A stretch of 64,000 bases of DNA from Sporopachydermia quercuum (taxonomy: Eukaryota): positions 1,612,001-1,676,000 of the forward strand of contig BCGN01000002.1 of the NCBI GenBank assembly GCA_001599295.1. Reading direction: 5' to 3'. Below are positions 58,718-64,000 of this stretch, piece by piece. A program made the translations under genes and the position numbers. The notes under the pieces were generated by a model. That model worked only from the letters and a program-made list of their open reading frames with translations, was not told the DNA's origin and did no database searches. Each line of letters starts with the position of its first letter. Position 1 is the first letter of the stretch.

Positions 58718-59686
58718 ATGGAAGATTTTGTTCCCTATGACCTATCGGTAGCTGGTCATGATGGCACTATTATAACAAAAACTGGAGAACTATTTGCAAA
58801 ACCCAGTTCCAAGAAAGAAATTGAATTCTATACAACGCTGCAAGTAGAAGAATCCTTAAGCGGCCTTCTGCCTTGGGTGCCGCAGTTTTATGGGTGTTTG
58901 CAGCCACAATCGAATACATTAGATCAATCAAATGTAAGTGATGAACGTATCTTGAAGGATGCATTAGAAAAACCTAGTGAAGAACAGTTTATGGTGCTGG
59001 AAAATTTAACTCATGGCTTTAACGGTCCATGCATTATGGATATAAAGTTGGGATCAAGGCTATGGGATTCAGATGCTAGTGAAGAAAAGGTATCGAGGCT
59101 TAATTCGGTATCCGAATCAACTACATCTGGAAGCTTGGGTTTGAGGATTTGCGGAATGAAAGTATGGGAAAATGAAGACAAATGGAAAGTTTATGATAAG
59201 TGGTATGGCAGAAATATCAAAGCTGGAGAGGTTACTGNGAGTATCAAAACTCACTTTTTCAGGTATTGTGAAAGTGAAGATTTGGTGAAAAGGAGACGTA
59301 TAAGAGATTTGATTGATAGATTTCTAAAACGCTTAAGATTGATTTATGATTTACTTTCTGAAGTTGAGGTCAGAATAATTTCTGGAAGTCTACTGTATAT
59401 ATACGATGGTGATTGGAGCCGTTGGGATCAGAAGAATGATGAAGACGTTCTGGTACGGAAATTGGAGTTATATGATTCTGAAGATGATGATGACGACAGT
59501 GAAGTTTTACTTGGAGGTACTAACAATACTGAAGATGAAGGTAAGGATGTTCCATTGAGCCGTTTAACTTTGATAGACTTTGCTCATTCCGATTATACAC
59601 CAGGCCAGGGTAAAGATGAGAATGTATTAAAAGGAATCGAGAATTTGATTAAGATATTCACTGAATTAAAGCAAACTTGCAGTTAA
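58718..59686 (+). CDS. ARG82: Inositol polyphosphate multikinase
   Basis: VAGHDG, PCIMDIKLG (PxxxDxKxG), SGSLL, poly-Asp loop and LIDFAH motifs. Confidence 0.93.
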   Translation: MEDFVPYDLSVAGHDGTIITKTGELFAKPSSKKEIEFYTTLQVEESLSGLLPWVPQFYGCLQPQSNTLDQSNVSDERILKDALEKPSEEQFMVLENLTHGFNGPCIMDIKLGSRLWDSDASEEKVSRLNSVSESTTSGSLGLRICGMKVWENEDKWKVYDKWYGRNIKAGEVTXSIKTHFFRYCESEDLVKRRRIRDLIDRFLKRLRLIYDLLSEVEVRIISGSLLYIYDGDWSRWDQKNDEDVLVRKLELYDSEDDDDDSEVLLGGTNNTEDEGKDVPLSRLTLIDFAHSDYTPGQGKDENVLKGIENLIKIFTELKQTCS

Positions 59687-60087
59687 GCTATNTAAATTAA
59701 CGGCCCGAAGTTTTGAAAACGCTAGTACAATCCGTCCTACTTTTAGCGCCCATCAATATCAAAGTCGTTGTTTGTTATGATGATGTGATGAGACCTGTTC
59801 ATATTAATGGTCCATTAGCATTAATACCCTTTAATTTATCTACTAAAAATAGTTAGCCTTAATGTCATCATTATTGTTGAAATGGAAAACAATTCATTTA
59901 TTTGGGAAGTAGTAAACCTAAATTCGGAAAGCCTACTAAATTTATGAGAATGTTGCCCAAAATTACCATCTATTAAATTATCTAAACAAATAAATCATTT
60001 CAGCAAGAAAAATGCCTATTACGTAAATAAAAAGAAACCAAAAAGAAAAATTAACAGGTATAAACCAAACATAAAACCATTAATACT

Positions 60088-62496
60088 CTAAAAGTAGTGT
60101 GTATTTTCCATACTCATATCATGAACTGGCATTTCCTGTGCCTTATAATCGTTGAGTTCTTGTTTAATCAAATCTGCCGTTTCAGGAGTGAGATTGTTAC
60201 AAGTTGCNAACTCGTCAGCCTTACGATCATATTCAGATGATGACCAAGTATCAAACATGATTACTCTGGATGAAAATAACACTTGTGATGACTTTTCTAA
60301 CAACGAAGTTGGTCTTAGAAGAGGTGAAGATGTTTGAAATTGAGCTCTTAAAGGTCTAGGTGCATGCTTTGGAGCAGTTGATGTTGACATTGACTTTAGC
60401 GAAGGTGAAGTTTTCAAGACCGGTTTTGTAGGATTAGGAGAAGTGGGTGGAGAAGGTAAAGAAGTTGTGGAAGGAAATGAAGGTAAAGGTTGTCCAGTTG
60501 TAGACTTGAATAAAGATCTGAACCTAGATTTAGAACTTTTTGATGCAATAGAAGTTGTAGAATGTGTTCTTGCTAGTGTAGGCAAATCTGTTGTCGAAGA
60601 AGATCGGGAAAGCGTAGATTTTTTAGACTTTCCAAATAATCTGGATATAAGTGACCTCTTCTCTTTAGATGTGGTTTGATCTGGAAGAATAGCTTTAGGA
60701 GATTCTGGTGGTGAAGGTAGGTGAGTCCTTATTTCTGAATCAGTAGTTGTTTGTAAAGAGCTTTCACTTGAGAAAAGAACAGTCATAGATACATCAGATA
60801 TGTCAGACAAGTCAGATATTTCATTGGAGGAGCTGGATGAAAGGGGGGGATCGGATTCTTCAGGTGTCAATAATGGACTTAGGTATGCACTGGAGGGAGG
60901 TAAGAGCTTTCCTGGTAGATCTGTAAACTTCTTATTGGACTTGAAAGGAGTAGTATCAAATTCCTGGTTGTTCTTGATGCCACTCATTGCTCTCTGCCTT
61001 ACTTTAGTGGTTGGTGATGACATTTTGTAAGTTCTAACAGGTCTTGGTTTGGAAATAGTAGGTATATGTAAATCTGGAACTGACACTGATCTTGGCAGAG
61101 TGCGAGCTTGAAAAATGTCACCATAAACAGAAAACCGAGCCGTTGGTGGCCTTTGAGGCATAAAATCGTTGGCTAGCATTTTGATAGTTAGTAGGAGAAT
61201 TTCAACATTCCATAGTTATAATAGATCTTCGTTCAACTGAAAGAGATTTTTTAGTGCAGAACTAAACNCTTTCTTAATAATGATTAAATTCACTAAAGAC
61301 AATAGAAACTAATTGAAACCAGCTAAGACAAGAAAAAAATCATATATATGAAAATGCAGTGATTTTCTCTATTACTAGCAATCTCTGAATGAGTTCGATT
61401 TCCCTTTTGTTTAAAAAAGACGTTTCTATTCGATTTTTAGTTTACCGATTCCTTTCGATCAGGCAATCCTGAAAACTATTGATTCAAATCAGGTATATCG
61501 GCAATATTAGTTCTATCATGAGAAACTTTGTGNTATTGCAGTAGTGACTTTTGTACCTTAGAATGATTCAATCGACATAGAGAAAGAGGAACAGCAGGAT
61601 TATAGAAATTGAAGGCACGAACTATCTCTCTTCATTACGCTTCTCCAACTATTTTTTTCAACAACAAGAGTAAAAAGAAACTCTAAGAAGTCTAGCGTGA
61701 AACCTTAACCGTATATCCAAACCTTAATTATGCCCCTTTCCATTCATGTCACTATTGAATCTGATCGTTAATCAGGAATAAAAAATGCATAGTTGATATA
61801 TGATAAAAAGAAATATAACAAAATAAATGAGGTCACTTCAATTTATAGCTCTTTTGGATGTATAGAATAGTGTCTTGACTGAATATGTGCTTCAAGTTGT
61901 GATAACATAATAACGTGATTAGCCAGAGGACTCCGGACAACAATTTGCAATTGACAGGTGTTTTACCCTTGAGACGATTGAAGACATGTATAATGATGGA
62001 AATATCGGGTAGTTATTGAAAGAAATTTGCAATGANAACAACGAAAATGAAGCCATAGAACAAAGAAATCATGACACATGAAAATAAGAAAACGTAGAAA
62101 TTATATATGTTTCAATAATATTAAGAAAGAAATGAGAATAGATCATTTTGAAGTCAGAAAAAAAGTTTACATACCATTTGATTGCCAGCGTTGATCTTCT
62201 GGCTGAGGAGCCCATTTTCTTGAAGAATCCATGGGTTGATAAAAGCTACGAGAGTGAGCATGCTGATGATATCTTTGCTTAGTACTGTTATCACTTGACG
62301 AGTAACATTTTTGAGAATTGATTAAATTATCGTTTGATACATTCAACAATGTTCTGTAGCAATGATTCGTAGGTGGTAGGTCAGAGCCAACACTAGAAGA
62401 GATCGAACCATTTGACGTTGTTCGACTATGATGACTGTATCTCTTAGGATATCCGTGAAAGCTGTTTTCGGTTAAGGCGTTGCCAACAGAAGTCAT
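60088..62496 (-). CDS. BNI4: Bni4/Phactr-like Glc7 (PP1) targeting subunit; exons 62175-62496 and 60088-61172
   Basis: C-terminal VLFSSRV...EYDRK...TCNNLTP...IKQELNDYK...EMPVH...NTHYF domain. A 1002-nt phase-1 intron (61173-62174; GTATGT/TACTAAC/TAG) joins two ORF-track entries in frame, giving 468 aa. Confidence 0.78.
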
Positions 62497-64000
62497 TCTC
62501 AAAATATTGTACGGTCCTAGTGGTTGGTCTTTTTTAACAATTGATCATTTTCAATCTTCAACCACATGACCTACTCTATACTTTTCTGATTATTGAAAAC
62601 CAAAAGATTCTACTTTATCAAGCAGTAGTATACTCTTCATAACATTTTTCGGTTAGATAACCAATATTTCGAAAATCCCTTAATCTACNAAGTGAAGAAG
62701 GAAAAAGAAATGAGAGATAGAGAGGAAAGAAGAAAGATATAAAGAATCTCAGAGAACGTGTAGCCTTTCCACTTGAACGAAACTGTTTTAGTATAGAGTT
62801 ATCCAGCTCTCTATAACAACCATTATGAATTAGCCAGTAGTTCTAACTATACTCTATTGGATACAGCAGCATATTATAATTTTTTTTATTTTCTCAGTCA
62901 TTCTTCGCCTATCTTAGAAAATCTAAACTTCGAGTTGATCGATTTGAGCAACACTTTTTGTTCTACAGTTCTAATAATACCATCATGCAAATTTTCGATA
63001 TGGTTACGTATAATGATTGTCTGTAAATGACCGATAAGATTTGTTCAATGTTACAAAATTCTAACGCTCTAATGGCTGCTTTGTGAAAATTTAATGATTT
63101 ATATGAAAACCTGATTGTCCATCGGCAATAACCTGATACTGACTACGGACACCAAGCTCAACCGACAATAAAAAAATTATTTTTCTTTGGTCAATTTCTG
63201 AGACTCCAACATAGTTAGTACATAGCAAATTGAATAATGCTNGTATTATAATAGTTTATCTGATTCATTGTAAATGATATTTCAACTTTTGAGAACAATC
63301 TCCTATATTTCAAATGATTCTTGTTGCGTATACGCTTGACTGTGTTGATAGTTTGGTTAGTATGAGGATATTAATNAGTGATTTCCTAATAAAGCGTTAA
63401 ATCCAATTTACCGTTGTAATTGGAAACTGAAACGCGATTCATTTGGTAAAGCATAAATTGTATCATTGGGGCAAACCCTTGCCTTGTGCAAGTTTCCACC
63501 TCAAAATGGATACATCTCATAATATTTNATTGGGAGAATGCTAACCTCATGCACACTATATGCAGAAAGCTGAATGAACAGCAAAGTTAAATNAATTACA
63601 GTACCTGATTCGGTAGGTACTACTTGGGGAAATGAATTTTTACGCGTNCAGGAATAACTCAATTCCAAAAATGCCATTCCAATTTACATTANGATTAGCT
63701 TAAGGTTTCATAAGTGAGATGAACCAAACTAAAATTAATTATTTGTCGAATTGCTAAAAATAGTTCTAATCATCTCATCTTCAAGGTATTAATGGATATT
63801 CGATTTTATTCGATTTNCTTGATTATTCCATTTGGAATGTTTCAAGCTTCTTATTGTTCAAAAGATGAGAAATCACAAATCACACCTTAATCTTAACGTG
63901 ATGAGGACAAGGTAGCCGAATATTGTTGAGACTGTAATATATATTTGAATTTGATTGAACTGGTTGCTCGGGGTTATTATCAAATTTACTGTCATGAAAC

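Noticed and set aside
363..59686. ARG3 with ARG82, or the RNase III, BCD1 and snoRNA cluster, as functional gene clusters
   Set aside because: Separated by 18-57 kb of unrelated housekeeping genes; co-occurrence is plausibly chance.

Overview
AT-rich nuclear DNA from a budding yeast (Saccharomycotina). It uses the standard genetic code (CTG sits at invariant Leu positions of Isw2), retains respiratory complex I, and is intron-rich for a yeast. I read about 26 protein genes. Several are missed or truncated by the ORF track because they are spliced: RPL39, TOA2 (5 exons), VMA10 (4 exons), SSO1/2 (17-nt microexon), UBC11, RPL28, RPS14, YIP3, a DUF89 phosphatase, and a BNI4-like gene with a 1-kb intron. 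There is one intron-containing elongator tRNA-Met. The most notable element is in the apparent gene desert at about 29.2-30.4 kb: a non-coding host transcript carrying the box C/D snoRNAs snR77, snR76, snR75, snR74 and snR73, each in its own predicted intron. The first two introns abut directly (TAG|GTATGG), giving a zero-nucleotide exon. Other highlights are an RNase III with two dsRBDs (budding-yeast Dicer architecture), an alkyltransferase-like ATL gene, a candidate ribosomal-protein promoter motif (AGGACTCA) upstream of all three RP genes, a Kex2-processed GPI protein with charge-segregated repeats, and conserved synteny blocks. All calls were made by eye; no database search was run, and orthologue sequences and rRNA numbering are recalled from memory.
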